A program made the translations under genes and the position numbers. A DNA stretch of 63,953 nt, counting the filler, from Acidimicrobiia bacterium (GTDB taxonomy: Bacteria > Actinomycetota > Acidimicrobiia > Spongiisociales > CAZKJJ01): NCBI GenBank assembly GCA_046759765.1. It is 7 parts of 7 records of this genome, joined end to end, with 100 filler letters (N's around TTAATTAATTAA, not from the genome) between each part and the next. Parts side by side here need not be neighbours in the genome. Positions count along the whole stretch, not along the records: positions 1 to 10,046 come from JBHICV010000087.1; 6 more parts are not named here. One strand, 5' to 3'. Numbering within the stretch: position 1 is the first letter of the stretch; every line of letters begins with the position of its first letter. Below are positions 1-10,146 of this stretch, one piece after another. A model generated the notes under the pieces. It was not told the origin of the DNA. It saw only the letters and a program-made list of their open reading frames with translations, and did not search any database.

Positions 1-1066
1 AGCCGTGCGTGCGCGGTACAACGCCCACATCTGCGCCCAGTGGCCTTATGTCGGCCGGCCCCCGACCGTCCATTCGAATGCCTTGCGTGATAACACGCTC
101 CCGGATCCTTTCTTTGACCAAGGCCTTGAAAGCCTTCTCCGCCGAGCGAACCTCGGCCTCGTCCTCCAGTCCGAGCTCGGCGAGCAGCTCTTCGGCAGTC
201 TCCGATTGGGCTTGTTTGCGCTCCGCCCGGTCCGAGATCGCGATTAGCTCAGCGACCTTCTCACCGGTCATCCGCTCGACTTGCTCATAGAGATCCGCCG
301 AATAGTCCTCTACGACCGGCCACTCGGTCTCTGCGATCTCCACATCGGAAAGCAGCCGTGCCTGGAGGTCGATGCCGTCGGAGATATAGCCCTTGGCTTC
401 CTCCAAACCGCGCCCGATCGACTCTTCGTTGGCGGGAGCCTGGCCGGCGCGCACCAACCGCACGCCGTCCTCGGTCGAGCCTCCCTCGACCATCATGATG
501 TCGATCTCGCCGGATGGGTTTCGTCTCCCGGCCACGACGAGGTCGAACACCGACTCCTCCAGCTCCTCGAATGTCGGCATGGCAAGCCAGATGCCGTCTC
601 GGAATGCGAGACGGACCGATCCGATGGGGCCATCAAAGGGAACGCCGCTGATCGACAAGGCAGCCGAGGCGCCGATCAGGGAGATCACGTCGTACGGATT
701 CTCCATGTCGACTGAGAGGATCGTTGACACGATCTGCGTTTCGTTGCGGAAACCGTCCGCGAAGGACGGGCGCAGCGGGCGATCGATCAGCCTGCACGTG
801 AGGATTGCCTTCTCGGTTGCCCTTCCCTCGCGGCGGAAAAACGATCCCGGGATACGGCCGGCAGCATACATTCGCTCCTCGACATCCACCGTAAGGGGGA
901 AGAAGTCCACACCCTCGCGGAGCTCGGCGTTGGCGGTGGCTGTGACCAGGACTTCGGTATCGCCGATCCGAACCGTGACGGCCCCGCCGGCCTGACCGGC
1001 GAGCTTTCCTGTAGATAGAACGACTTCGCGCTCCCCGATCGGGGATTGCACTGTGACTTCAGGCAC
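1..1066 (-). CDS. pnp: Polyribonucleotide nucleotidyltransferase (PNPase), 3' part runs off the window
   Basis: Manual minus-strand translation from GTG 1066 (AAGGAG upstream) gives MPEVTVQSPIGEREVVLSTGKLAGQAGGAV...DFFPLTVDVEERMYAAGRIPGSFFRREGR, the PNPase RNase PH1 signature. Lies downstream of rpsO. Absent from the ORF track because there is no stop in the window. Confidence 0.97.
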   Translation of the reverse strand, partial: MPEVTVQSPIGEREVVLSTGKLAGQAGGAVTVRIGDTEVLVTATANAELREGVDFFPLTVDVEERMYAAGRIPGSFFRREGRATEKAILTCRLIDRPLRPSFADGFRNETQIVSTILSVDMENPYDVISLIGASAALSISGVPFDGPIGSVRLAFRDGIWLAMPTFEELEESVFDLVVAGRRNPSGEIDIMMVEGGSTEDGVRLVRAGQAPANEESIGRGLEEAKGYISDGIDLQARLLSDVEIAETEWPVVEDYSADLYEQVERMTGEKVAELIAISDRAERKQAQSETAEELLAELGLEDEAEVRSAEKAFKALVKERIRERVITQGIRMDGRGPADIRPLGADVGVVPRTHG

Positions 1067-1085
1067 GCATATCTCCTTGCATTGG

Positions 1086-1166
1086 GAGGGGTGCGGGCCT
1101 CAATTACCAGTCGTCAGTCTTCCGCTCCGAAAGACTGGCCACTGACAACCGAAGGCCACACTCCTC
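1086..1166 (-). promoter_or_regulatory. Long stem-loop in the rpsO-pnp intergenic region (pnp leader, probable RNase III site / Actino-pnp-like)
   Basis: Minus strand GGCCT(T)CGGTTGTCAGT pairs with ACTGGTAATTGAGGCC. Inner stem CAGTCTTTC/GGAAGACTG, outer stem GAGGAGTGTG/CGCACCCCTC. Confidence 0.7.
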
Positions 1167-1179
1167 GTATCTTTACGGC

Positions 1180-1437
1180 TCAGCGTCGTAGGCCAAGTCT
1201 CGAGATCAACCTGCGATACCTGTCCACGTCCTGGTTCCTGAGGTAGTTCAGGAGCCCGCGCCGCTTCCCGACCATCATCAGCAGGCCGCGCCTGCTGTGG
1301 TGGTCGTGGCTGTGGACACGAAGATGTTCAGTGAGGTCGTTGATTCGCTGTGTGAGCAGCGCTACCTGGACCTCGGGCGAACCCGTGTCGCTGTCGTGCT
1401 GGCCGTATTCCTGGATGATGGACTGAGTATCAGGCAT
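1180..1437 (-). CDS. rpsO: 30S ribosomal protein S15
   Basis: [23 protein letters not shown]...[22 protein letters not shown]. Confidence 0.99.
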   Translation of the reverse strand: MPDTQSIIQEYGQHDSDTGSPEVQVALLTQRINDLTEHLRVHSHDHHSRRGLLMMVGKRRGLLNYLRNQDVDRYRRLISRLGLRR

Positions 1438-1489
1438 GGTGCCTCGAGAATTAGCCCCACGAAGCTGGGGACCAGGCGAGATTGTACCA
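1438..1489 (-). promoter_or_regulatory. rpsO promoter (extended -10 TGgTACAAT) and short structured leader
   Basis: TACAAT on the minus strand at 1481-1486 is preceded by TG. The leader contains the hairpin CCCCA(G)C-TTC-GTGGGG. Confidence 0.55.
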
Positions 1490-1490
1490 C

Positions 1491-2417
1491 CTAGGAAGGC
1501 TCGGGTGACTTCAGCCGGTTCCTCGTCTCGGCGAAGTCACGATGCATCGCATCTACTAGCTCGTCGGGACTCTCGAAGGTGAGCTCGTCGCGAATGCGGC
1601 TATGGAAATGAAGCGCCATCTCGTCTCCGTACAGATCTCCCTCAAAGTCGAGTACATGTGCCTCGACGATCTCGTCCGTTCCGCCGAAGGTGGGACGGAT
1701 GCCCACATTGACAGCCGCCGGTCGTCGACCGTCGAAGTCCGCCCACGCCGCGTACACGCCTCGGCCGGGCACGATCAGCTCGTCAGAAACGCTCAAGTTG
1801 GCCGTCGGAACACCAAGCCGGTGTCCTCTCCCGTCTCCTCGGACCACAACTCCACGGAGCTCGAAGAGCCGCCCGAGGGCTCGGGACGCTTCGGCGACCC
1901 TCCCGGAGGCGACCAAGATCCGGATAGCAGTGGAGGAGATCGGCTGGCCGTCGCCTTCGAGGAGCTCGATCGGAGAAAGTTCGAAGCCCCAGTCGCGTCC
2001 CAGCTCGTGAAGCAGCGTGAGGTCGCCGGTTCGATCGTGCCCGAAGCGAAAATCGGTGCCAACGGCTACCTGCCTTGCTGCGAAGGCGTCAACGATGACT
2101 GTCTGGACGAACTCCGTCGGACTGAGGAGACGCACCTCCTCGAAGGGAAGGACCCCCACCACGTCGATGCTGATCTTTCCGAAGAGGTCGATTCTGTGAC
2201 TCAGGGACGTCAATAGCCGAGGAGCGGCCTCCGGGGCCACTACTTGGAGTGGGTGACGATCGAAGGTGACGACGACGGTGGTGTTGTCACCGGCCGTCAG
2301 TCCGGCGAAGACCCTCTGGTGTCCGCGATGGACACCGTCGAAAACGCCAATCGTGAGGGAGGATCCTTCCGGCGTAGCGCCCAGCCACGCGGACGGATGC
2401 CCTTCGAGGACCTTCAT
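1491..2417 (-). CDS. ribF: Bifunctional riboflavin kinase / FAD synthetase
   Basis: [33 protein letters not shown] and EAHVLDF motifs; truB-ribF-rpsO synteny. Confidence 0.98.
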   Translation of the reverse strand: MKVLEGHPSAWLGATPEGSSLTIGVFDGVHRGHQRVFAGLTAGDNTTVVVTFDRHPLQVVAPEAAPRLLTSLSHRIDLFGKISIDVVGVLPFEEVRLLSPTEFVQTVIVDAFAARQVAVGTDFRFGHDRTGDLTLLHELGRDWGFELSPIELLEGDGQPISSTAIRILVASGRVAEASRALGRLFELRGVVVRGDGRGHRLGVPTANLSVSDELIVPGRGVYAAWADFDGRRPAAVNVGIRPTFGGTDEIVEAHVLDFEGDLYGDEMALHFHSRIRDELTFESPDELVDAMHRDFAETRNRLKSPEPS

Positions 2418-3292
2418 ACGAGCACAACCTCCGGAACGAGGTGGCGTCCCGACGGCCTGTAGACCGCGAGCAGCCTTCCGCTTTCGTCCACTATTCGGTG
2501 AGGCTCGCCGTCACGATTCCTCACATGTGAGGCCAACGACATTCCATTGGCGACCGCGGGTTCCTGCTCGGCGGTGATCGAAACGAAAGGCAGGTCGCCG
2601 AGCCCAGCGGACGGAGCCAGGAGGTGTGACTCCCAGTCTCCCGTCGCGATTTCGGTCGGAGATGAGGCCTCGGAGACCGTGTGGCTGCCCACGGCCGTCC
2701 GCCTGAGTGAAAGGAGATGTGCCCTCCCTCCCAGCGCCTGCGCGATGTCATCAGCCAGGCTGCGAATGTACGTGCCTTTCCCGCACCGGACTTGGAGAGT
2801 CGCCTCGGGATAGTCCCCCGGGGAGAAGTCATCGACTGCTATCTCGTGCACTTCTACGCGGCGAGGCCGGCGATCGACTTCCTCTCCCCGACGAGCCAGC
2901 TCATATAGACGTCGCCCGTCGACTCTCAATGCGGAGACCATTGGTGGGACCTGGGGAATGACTCCCACGAAACGAGACAGGACTTCGTCGAGCTCTCGGC
3001 GTGAGATAGGCATTGGCTCTCGACTCAAGACGGCTCCCGAAGCGTCGAGCGTATCGGTCGCCACACCAAAGGAGACCCGCGCCGCGTAAGACTTGGGCAG
3101 CTCTTGAACAAATCTGAGCAGCCGAGTGCAGCGACCAACTCCCAGGACCAGGAGCCCGGTCGCCGGTGGATCGAGCGTTCCAGAGTGGCCGACCTTGAGG
3201 GCCCCGGTGACGCTCCGAACATGGCTGACAACGTCATGAGACGTCCAACCCTCGGGCTTGTCGAGGAGCATGAACCCGTCAGTCTTCGCCAT
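2414..3292 (-). CDS. truB: tRNA pseudouridine(55) synthase TruB
   Basis: LDKPEGWTSHDVV, KVGHSGTLDPPATGLL, QVPPMVSA, CGKGTYIRSLA. Start reassigned to ATG 3292 (MAKTDGF). Confidence 0.97.
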   Translation of the reverse strand: MAKTDGFMLLDKPEGWTSHDVVSHVRSVTGALKVGHSGTLDPPATGLLVLGVGRCTRLLRFVQELPKSYAARVSFGVATDTLDASGAVLSREPMPISRRELDEVLSRFVGVIPQVPPMVSALRVDGRRLYELARRGEEVDRRPRRVEVHEIAVDDFSPGDYPEATLQVRCGKGTYIRSLADDIAQALGGRAHLLSLRRTAVGSHTVSEASSPTEIATGDWESHLLAPSAGLGDLPFVSITAEQEPAVANGMSLASHVRNRDGEPHRIVDESGRLLAVYRPSGRHLVPEVVLV

Positions 3293-3620
3293 TGTCCTGT
3301 TCCAGCTCGGACAGTATCTCGGCGACCCGAAACGCCGCTTCGGCTCGCTCGTCCAGAGAGAACTCCAGCTCGGGCATGTGCCTGAGACGCACCCGCCCGG
3401 CAACGCGGCTCCGGACCCTGGGACCAGCCGAACGCAGGCCGGCGTTGGTATCCGCCGCATCTCCGATGACCGTGAAGTAAACGGTGGCCTTCGCCAGGTC
3501 CGGCGACGTCTCCACCGCAGTGATCGTCACGAATCCGAGTCGAGGATCTTTGAGCTCGGTAATTTCGTCGGAGATCAGCGTGCGCAGGAGCTCATCGATC
3601 TTGCGCATGGATCGCGACAT
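3279..3620 (-). CDS. rbfA: Ribosome-binding factor A
   Basis: LKDPRLGFVTITAVETSPDL...RLRHMPELEF; position after infB. Confidence 0.97.
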   Translation of the reverse strand: MSRSMRKIDELLRTLISDEITELKDPRLGFVTITAVETSPDLAKATVYFTVIGDAADTNAGLRSAGPRVRSRVAGRVRLRHMPELEFSLDERAEAAFRVAEILSELEQDNGED

Positions 3621-3920
3621 CTAAGACTCCGCCAGGTATGAGGTGACGACATCGAGAACCTCGACCTCGGACTGGTTCTCGAGCCATTTCACAACCGAGT
3701 GAATCAGCCGCTCGAGCTGCCCCGCCTGGGCCGCAATTGTGGCTACGCCCAGCGTTGACCGTTTCCACAGGTCCTGATGGTCGATCTCAGCGACTGCGAC
3801 GGGGAACTGTGCGGTGAGGTGATGGGTGAGGGACTTGATCCGGCCTCGTTTCTGCTTGAGGGACCGAACGTCTCGGAGAAGGAGCTCCACCCGAAGGGCC
3901 GCGGCGTGCACGAACTCCAC
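3621..3920 (-). CDS. DUF503 (YlxP-like) protein
   Basis: SLKQKRGRIKSL...VAVAEIDHQDLWKRSTLG; typical location between infB and rbfA. Confidence 0.9.
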   Translation of the reverse strand: MEFVHAAALRVELLLRDVRSLKQKRGRIKSLTHHLTAQFPVAVAEIDHQDLWKRSTLGVATIAAQAGQLERLIHSVVKWLENQSEVEVLDVVTSYLAES

Positions 3921-5924
3921 CTAGGTGCGTGCGACCTCGCGGACTTGGTATGCCTCAATGACGTCGCCCTCTTTCACGTCGCCGAAGTCCTCTAGGCCTA
4001 TGCCGCACTCAAACCCGGAAGCAACTGATGTCACATCGTCTTTGAAGCGCCGTAAGGAGTCGATGCGACCGTCGTATACCACGACACCGTCGCGCACCAG
4101 CCGCGCTTGTGTGTTTCTCCGTATCTCTCCCTCGGTCACGTAACAGCCGGCCACGTTGCCACGGCGCGGCACTCGGAAGATGGCTCTGACCTCGGCCACG
4201 CCTGTGATCGTCTCGACCTCTTCGGGAGCAAGGCGTCCAACCAGCATTGTCTCGACGTCCTCGAGCAGCTCGTAGATGACCTTGTAAGTGCGGATCTCGA
4301 TGCCACGCCCCTCGGCCGACCGGCGGGCGGGCGCATCCGGCCTCACTCCGAAGCCGACGATCACGGCGTCGGAGGCCTCGGCAAGCATGACATCGTTCTC
4401 GGTGATGCCGCCGACGCCGCCGTGAAGCACGGAGACGGAGGCATCCGGTCTGTCGAGCTTGTTGATCCCATCGCGGATTGCTTCTAGTGACCCGTGGGCA
4501 TCGACCTTCAAGATAAGGCGGAGCTCGGCCTCGTCACTCGAACGAAGCTGCTCCAGTAGTTGCTCGAGGCGCTCGCGGGCCGAGGGAACGACCACCTCCT
4601 CTGCGCGAACCTCCTCGAGGTGGGCCTCGGCTTTAGCACGGGCCTCTCGCTCGTTCTCGACCGACTCGAAGAAGTCGCCTGCGGTCGGAACATCTCCCCA
4701 ACCCATTATCAAGACCGGGGTGCTCGGTCCGGCTTCCTTGATCCGATTGCCGGCGTGATCGATGAGGGCCCGTACCCGGCCGGCTGCTCCCCCGGCCAAG
4801 AAGGCGTCACCCACATGCAGCGTTCCCCGCTGCACGACGACCGTCCCTACTGGTCCCATTCCCTTGTCGAGCTGGCTCTCAACGACAACCCCCGACGCGG
4901 GTGCGTCCGGATTCGCTTTCAGCTCCTCAACCTCGGCCACCAGATCGATCATCTCCAATAGCTGTTCGATACCCGTCCCGTCCTTGGCGGAGAGATCGAC
5001 GGCGATGGTGTCTCCTCCGAGCTCCTCCGTGATCAAGCCGTGCTCTGTCAGCTGCGCCTTCACAGCTGCCGGATCGGCGTCCCGTAGGTCGATCTTGTTT
5101 ATCGCCACGATGATCGGGACCTCTGCTGCCCTTGCGTGGCTGATCGCCTCGATGGTCTGAGGCATCGGACCATCGTCGGCCGCTACCACCAGCACCACAA
5201 TGTCGGTGACGTTGGCACCCCGCGCTCGCATGGCAGTGAAGGCTTCGTGGCCCGGTGTGTCGATGAAAGTGATCAGGTGGGTGTTGGACTCGACTTGATA
5301 CGCGCCGATGTGTTGTGTGATTCCGCCAGCTTCGCCGGACACGACGTCCGTCTGGCGGATATGGTCCAGGAGGGTGGTTTTTCCGTGATCTACATGTCCC
5401 ATCACGGTCACGACCGGAGGGCGAGCAACGAGGTCTCCTTCGGCGTCGTCAAAGGTGGGCATCGGAGCAATCACCCCGATCTCGGCTACCTCCTCGACCG
5501 CCGGCGGCGCCTCCACGTCGAATAGGACCTGGAACGTTTCCGCTAGATCGTCATAGGCCTCGGCGGGAATGGGCATCTCAACGGCCACCATGTGCCCGGC
5601 GGACAGAAGAGCTTTGACTACTTCGGGAACCGGCACCGAGATTGCTTCTGCCACGTCGGCTGGGGTGGCGTCCGCCCCCAACTCCAGGACCTGAATCTCG
5701 GGCGCGGGCTCTTCAGGCTTGGCTTCTTCCGGTGGCGCTTCCACGGCCTCCGGAGCCTCCTCGGCTTGTTCCTCGAACGAGAGAATTACCAGCGCGGCCT
5801 CGTCCTCGTCGAGACCAGATGAGGCGGTACTCACGTCGATGCCAAGCTCGTGGGCTCGCTCCAGCAATTCCTTGGACTCGCGCCCCATGCTGCGAGCAAG
5901 CTCGTAGACCCTCTGCTTAGTCAG
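3921..5924 (-). CDS. infB: Translation initiation factor IF-2 (probable CTG start at 5924; first ATG at 5888)
   Basis: [43 protein letters not shown]. The IF2-N motif KQRVYELAR lies upstream of the first ATG. Confidence 0.97.
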   Translation of the reverse strand: MTKQRVYELARSMGRESKELLERAHELGIDVSTASSGLDEDEAALVILSFEEQAEEAPEAVEAPPEEAKPEEPAPEIQVLELGADATPADVAEAISVPVPEVVKALLSAGHMVAVEMPIPAEAYDDLAETFQVLFDVEAPPAVEEVAEIGVIAPMPTFDDAEGDLVARPPVVTVMGHVDHGKTTLLDHIRQTDVVSGEAGGITQHIGAYQVESNTHLITFIDTPGHEAFTAMRARGANVTDIVVLVVAADDGPMPQTIEAISHARAAEVPIIVAINKIDLRDADPAAVKAQLTEHGLITEELGGDTIAVDLSAKDGTGIEQLLEMIDLVAEVEELKANPDAPASGVVVESQLDKGMGPVGTVVVQRGTLHVGDAFLAGGAAGRVRALIDHAGNRIKEAGPSTPVLIMGWGDVPTAGDFFESVENEREARAKAEAHLEEVRAEEVVVPSARERLEQLLEQLRSSDEAELRLILKVDAHGSLEAIRDGINKLDRPDASVSVLHGGVGGITENDVMLAEASDAVIVGFGVRPDAPARRSAEGRGIEIRTYKVIYELLEDVETMLVGRLAPEEVETITGVAEVRAIFRVPRRGNVAGCYVTEGEIRRNTQARLVRDGVVVYDGRIDSLRRFKDDVTSVASGFECGIGLEDFGDVKEGDVIEAYQVREVART

Positions 5925-7155
5925 CGGCTTGCTCCTCCTCGTCGGCTGGCGCGGCCTCGGCCGCTTCCGCCGCTTCGGGTTCTGTCACGGCGGCTTCCGC
6001 CTCTTCTTCCGCTTCCTCCACCACGGGCTCGGGTTCCTGCCCGGTCTCGGGTTCCTCCGCGGCAGGGGTGGTTTCCTCCACGGCCGCCTCTGCCGCCTCG
6101 GCGTCTTCGGTGGCCTCTGCGGCGGCTTCCGCCGGTTCCGCAGGTTCGGGGGCGGCTGCCTCCTCCTCTTCCTCGGGACCAACCTCGATCCCGGCTTCCT
6201 GGCTCTGTGATCGGATATCGATCTTGTATCCGGTTAGACGAGCCGCCAGACGGGCGTTCTGACCTTCCCGACCGATGGCCAGCGAAAGCTGATGGTCGGA
6301 AACGATCACAGTTGCCGTTTCCGTCTCCTCATCGATACGAACCTCAGAGACCTTCGCGGGACCAAGCGCCTCGGAGATGAACAGCTCCGGCTGGTCCCGG
6401 TATTCGACGACATCCACCTTCTCCCCGCGGAGCTCATTTACCACCTGGCGAACTCGTGAACCCCGGGCGCCGACGCACGCCCCCTTCGCATCCACGTTGG
6501 GCACATTCGACGCGACCGCGATCTTGGTTCGATGGCCCGGCTCTCTAGCCAGCGCCTTGATCTCGATCGTTCCGTCGAGAAGCTCGGGGACCTCGAGCTC
6601 CAACAGCTTCCGAACGAAGTCCGGATGGCTACGGCTGACGACGACCGGCGGGCCTTTGGCCTCCTCCCGGACTTCGATAATCAGCGCCTTGACTCGCGCG
6701 CCTCGCTCTAGTCGCTCGTAGGGAATGCGCTCTGAGCCGGGCATGATGGCTTCGGCATTTCCCAAGTCGAGGATCGTGTAGCGGTGATCGAACTGCTGAA
6801 CGATCCCTGTGACCAGGTCGAATTCCCGACCCTCATAAAGATCGAACACCTGCTCGCGCTTTGCCTCCCTGAGTCGTTGTGCGATGACCTGCCTGGCCGT
6901 CTGGGCGGCGATACGCCCGAAGTCCTCAGGAGTGTCCTCCCATTCCTTTACTACGTTGCCGTCCTCGTCGAGATCCTGCGCATAGACCGTGATGTCGCCC
7001 GTTTCCGGATCGATGGTGACGCGTGCCTCCTCGGCGGCACCCGGGCTTCGCTTATAGGCGGACACGAGCGCGTTGGCAAACGCGTCGAGAAAGGCCTCGG
7101 GTGGCACACCCCTTTCCCGAGCAGCTATCTCGAGAGCCTCTAGGTCGATCTTCAC
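5917..7155 (-). CDS. nusA: Transcription termination/antitermination factor NusA
   Basis: DFGRIAAQTARQVIAQ, AREPGHRTKIAV, GACVGARGSRV, LSLAIGREGQNARLAARLTG; acidic Ala/Glu-rich tail. Confidence 0.99.
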   Translation of the reverse strand: MKIDLEALEIAARERGVPPEAFLDAFANALVSAYKRSPGAAEEARVTIDPETGDITVYAQDLDEDGNVVKEWEDTPEDFGRIAAQTARQVIAQRLREAKREQVFDLYEGREFDLVTGIVQQFDHRYTILDLGNAEAIMPGSERIPYERLERGARVKALIIEVREEAKGPPVVVSRSHPDFVRKLLELEVPELLDGTIEIKALAREPGHRTKIAVASNVPNVDAKGACVGARGSRVRQVVNELRGEKVDVVEYRDQPELFISEALGPAKVSEVRIDEETETATVIVSDHQLSLAIGREGQNARLAARLTGYKIDIRSQSQEAGIEVGPEEEEEAAAPEPAEPAEAAAEATEDAEAAEAAVEETTPAAEEPETGQEPEPVVEEAEEEAEAAVTEPEAAEAAEAAPADEEEQAAD

Positions 7156-7163
7156 AGTTCCTC

Positions 7164-7649
7164 CTACCGGCGCCCGCCAGGCTTGGGCGTCGGTTTCATC
7201 TCATACACGGTACGCGCGGACGTGACATCCTGCAGCGGTACCGTCACGCTGTCGTCATCGACCTCAATCGTCACTGCCCGTTCGTCGGCGCCGACTAAAA
7301 CCCCTCTCAGAGTCTGAGCGCGGCCGGTCTCGTCGCGTACTTTGACTCGTACGTCTCGACCAATCGACTTCTCCCAGTGGGACGGACGCCGGAGGGGACG
7401 CTCGAGGCCGGGAGACGAGACCTCCAACGTGTACGACTCTGCCAACAGCCCCTCTTGGTCGATCAGGCGCGACAGACGCCTCGAGACGCTCGCCACACTC
7501 TCGAGGTCGATACCGCCTTCCGCGTCCACAGTGACCTTCAGCCGCAGATTGGGCCCCAAACCCTGCAGCTGTACGTCATCGAGCTCGACTCCTTCAGCGG
7601 CGAGGTAAGGCTCGATCACGTCCCATAGGTCGGTTACGAGGTCGCTCAC
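7164..7649 (-). CDS. rimP: Ribosome maturation factor RimP
   Basis: YTLEVSSPGLERPLR motif; upstream of nusA; AGGAGG SD. Confidence 0.97.
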   Translation of the reverse strand: MSDLVTDLWDVIEPYLAAEGVELDDVQLQGLGPNLRLKVTVDAEGGIDLESVASVSRRLSRLIDQEGLLAESYTLEVSSPGLERPLRRPSHWEKSIGRDVRVKVRDETGRAQTLRGVLVGADERAVTIEVDDDSVTVPLQDVTSARTVYEMKPTPKPGGRR

Positions 7650-7665
7650 TCATCCTCCTACGCGC

Positions 7666-7724
7666 ATAAAGAAAGTGGGCTCGGGCGCCCACTTTCTGCA
7701 GCGTCCATTTGTAAGCCGATTATA
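7666..7724 (-). promoter_or_regulatory. rimP promoter (-10 TATAAT) and leader terminator/attenuator hairpin
   Basis: TATAAT at 7719-7724 (minus). The hairpin GAAAGTGGGC-loop-GCCCACTTTC at 7671-7696 runs into TTTA just before the SD. Confidence 0.75.
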
Positions 7725-7738
7725 CCGACGCGCGGTGG

Positions 7739-9448
7739 TCAGACTCGCAGCGTCTCTACCCGCTCGGTTACGGTTGACACGGCCTCCGCCACCGGAATCT
7801 CCTCGCGCTCACCGGTGCTGCGTTCGCTTACCTCCACCACTCCTGACGACAGGCCGCGAGGTCCGACGGTGACACGGAAGGGGATTCCAATCAGCTCGGC
7901 ATCGTTGAACTTGACGCCCGGACGATCGTCGCGATCATCCAGCAGAACCTCAACGCTCCGCCCCTCGAACTCCGAGTAGATCTTCTCCGCGATCGTGGCG
8001 GTTTCGACTTCCTGGCCCAGAACGGTCACAACAACCTCATAGGGAGCGACATTGACGGGCCAGGCGATGCCCCGATCGTCATGGTGGGTTTCCACGACGG
8101 CCGCCATGTTTCTGCCGACTCCGATCCCGTAGGAGCCCATGTGGATAACCCGCTCGACGCCGGCCTCATCCAGCACATAGGCACCGAGCGCTTCGCTGTA
8201 CTTCGTTCCGAGCTTGAAGATGTGACCGACTTCAATCACCTTGCTCACTTCCAGGCGACCGTCACAGTTCGGGCAGTCATCACCATCACTGACCCGGCGC
8301 AGGTCGAGAAAGTCGTCGACTTCAATATCGCGGTCCACGTCGACCCCTCGAAGATGCCAATCATCCTCATTGGCACCGGTCACGAGGTTGGCGCGGCCAC
8401 GTAGCGCAGTGTCCGCCAGAACGCGAAACTCCGAGACGCCAACGGCACCGAGGCTGCCGGGATCGGCCCCGAGCGCGCCCTTTATCTCGGCGGCGTCGGC
8501 GGAACGTGCGTCGTGAGTGCCGAGCTGATCGATGAGCTTCTGCTCGACCAGCTCGTGGTCACCTCGCAGGAGCACCAACGCAATCTCGCCATCGATGAAG
8601 TACGCCATGGTCTTGATTTGGCGTTCAGGCGCGGCAAAGGACTCCGCCTCGGCGAGCTCGGCAATGGTCCGGATACCAGGTGTCGGGAACCTCTCCGGCG
8701 GTTCGGTCCACGGCTCATCTTCGATCTGCGAGACGCCAGACGTGGCCCTCTCGAGGTTCGCTGCGTAGTCGCCATTCGAGCAGACGGCAATGAAATCCTC
8801 TCCGGCGGAGCTACGGACCATGAACTCCACCGATTCGGTTCCACCCATGATCCCGGAGCTGGCCTCCACCGGAACGGTGTCCATACCGAGGCGCTCGAAG
8901 ATACGTCGGTAGGCGCCGTAGTGGTTGTCAAATTGACGATCGAGCCCCTCGGGGTCGATGTCGAGGGAGTAGGAGTCCTTCATCACGAACTCCCGAACAC
9001 GGAGCAGCCCTCCCTTCGGGCGGGGCTCGTCTCGGAACTTGGTCTGAAGGTGGTACCAGAGTTGAGGCAGCTCCCGATAGGAGCTCAGCTCCGTGGCCAG
9101 TAAGGCGAAGACTTCCTCGTGGCTGATAGCGAGTAGCAGGTCGGTCTCGCGCCGATCGGGGAACTTGATGATGATGTCCTCGACGTCCTCCCAACGTCCG
9201 GTGCGTTTCCAGACCTCTCCGGGATGCACCACCGGAACCTCGAACTCCTGGCCACCGATGCGGTTCATCTCCTCCCTGATGATGCGGGAGATCTTGGTTG
9301 CCACTCTGAGTCCGAGGGGAAGCAATGAGTACGATCCGGCCATCAGTTGGCGGATGAACCCGGCTCTCACCAGCAGCCGATGACTGGGCGCCTCGGCGTC
9401 GGAGGGATCCTCCCTCAGTGTGGGAATGAAGGCCTGGGACCAACGCAT
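7739..9448 (-). CDS. proS: Proline--tRNA ligase (bacterial type with editing insertion)
   Basis: MRWSQAFIPTLREDP, KFRDEPRPKGGLLRVREFVMKDSYS, IEVGHIFKLGTKYS, MGSYGIGVGR. Start set at ATG 9448. Confidence 0.98.
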   Translation of the reverse strand: MRWSQAFIPTLREDPSDAEAPSHRLLVRAGFIRQLMAGSYSLLPLGLRVATKISRIIREEMNRIGGQEFEVPVVHPGEVWKRTGRWEDVEDIIIKFPDRRETDLLLAISHEEVFALLATELSSYRELPQLWYHLQTKFRDEPRPKGGLLRVREFVMKDSYSLDIDPEGLDRQFDNHYGAYRRIFERLGMDTVPVEASSGIMGGTESVEFMVRSSAGEDFIAVCSNGDYAANLERATSGVSQIEDEPWTEPPERFPTPGIRTIAELAEAESFAAPERQIKTMAYFIDGEIALVLLRGDHELVEQKLIDQLGTHDARSADAAEIKGALGADPGSLGAVGVSEFRVLADTALRGRANLVTGANEDDWHLRGVDVDRDIEVDDFLDLRRVSDGDDCPNCDGRLEVSKVIEVGHIFKLGTKYSEALGAYVLDEAGVERVIHMGSYGIGVGRNMAAVVETHHDDRGIAWPVNVAPYEVVVTVLGQEVETATIAEKIYSEFEGRSVEVLLDDRDDRPGVKFNDAELIGIPFRVTVGPRGLSSGVVEVSERSTGEREEIPVAEAVSTVTERVETLRV

Positions 9449-9491
9449 CGAGCGGCCACAATAGCCAGGCAACCCGTGCCGGCTTCGGCCT

Positions 9492-10046
9492 TTAAGAGCC
9501 GCGCGTCACCTCGGACACGGCGGCTCGTCTCTCGGCCACGCGGTTGACGTCACCCTGGATCTGGAGGAGTTCGGAGGCATCGGCGGCGGCGTCCCGCGCG
9601 GCATCTGCATCGGCGGCCGCCAGCCGGGCCTCGACCCCCTCCTCGGTCAGCTTCAAGGCTTCCTCGAACAGGGCGTCGACCATCTCATCCTCCGGAACCA
9701 CCCTTATAACCTCGCCTCTGATGAAGAGGTGTCCCTTTCCTCGACCGGCTGCGATGCCCAGGTCGGCCTCACGCGCTTCTCCGGGGCCGTTGACGACACA
9801 ACCCATGACCGCTACCTGGATCGGCAGTTTTGCCTCCTCGAGCTTGGCCTGGGCTTGGCGGGCAACCTCGATCACGTCGATCTCGGCTCGGCCACAAGAT
9901 GGGCAGGCGATCAGATCGAGCCCGGCGCGTTCTCTGAGGCCCAGATACTCGAGCAGGTTTCTGCCGGCCCGAGCCTCTTCGGTTGGATCGGCGGTCAGCG
10001 AGAACCTGATCGTGTCGCCAATCCCTTCGAGCAGCAGCGTTGCGAT
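9492..10046 (-). CDS. ispG: HMBPP synthase IspG, C-terminal part (5' end truncated by contig break)
   Basis: [15 protein letters not shown]...IACPSCGR...[20 protein letters not shown]. Confidence 0.96.
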   Translation of the reverse strand: MATLLLEGIGDTIRFSLTADPTEEARAGRNLLEYLGLRERAGLDLIACPSCGRAEIDVIEVARQAQAKLEEAKLPIQVAVMGCVVNGPGEAREADLGIAAGRGKGHLFIRGEVIRVVPEDEMVDALFEEALKLTEEGVEARLAAADADAARDAAADASELLQIQGDVNRVAERRAAVSEVTRGS

Positions 10047-10146
10047 NNNNNNNNNNNNNNNNNNNNNNNNNNNNNNNNNNNNNNNNNNNNTTAATTAATT
10101 AANNNNNNNNNNNNNNNNNNNNNNNNNNNNNNNNNNNNNNNNNNNN
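10047..10146. other. Artificial contig linker
   Basis: N run containing TTAATTAATTAA (stops in all six frames); 100 nt. Confidence 0.99.

Noticed and set aside
5..995. Plus-strand ORFs over 5-995 and the many other antisense or shadow ORFs
   Set aside because: They are mirror frames of recognisable genes (here pnp) with no motifs of their own.
5917..6200. DNA repeat element in the nusA 3' region
   Set aside because: It is low-complexity Ala/Glu/Pro coding sequence of the NusA tail.
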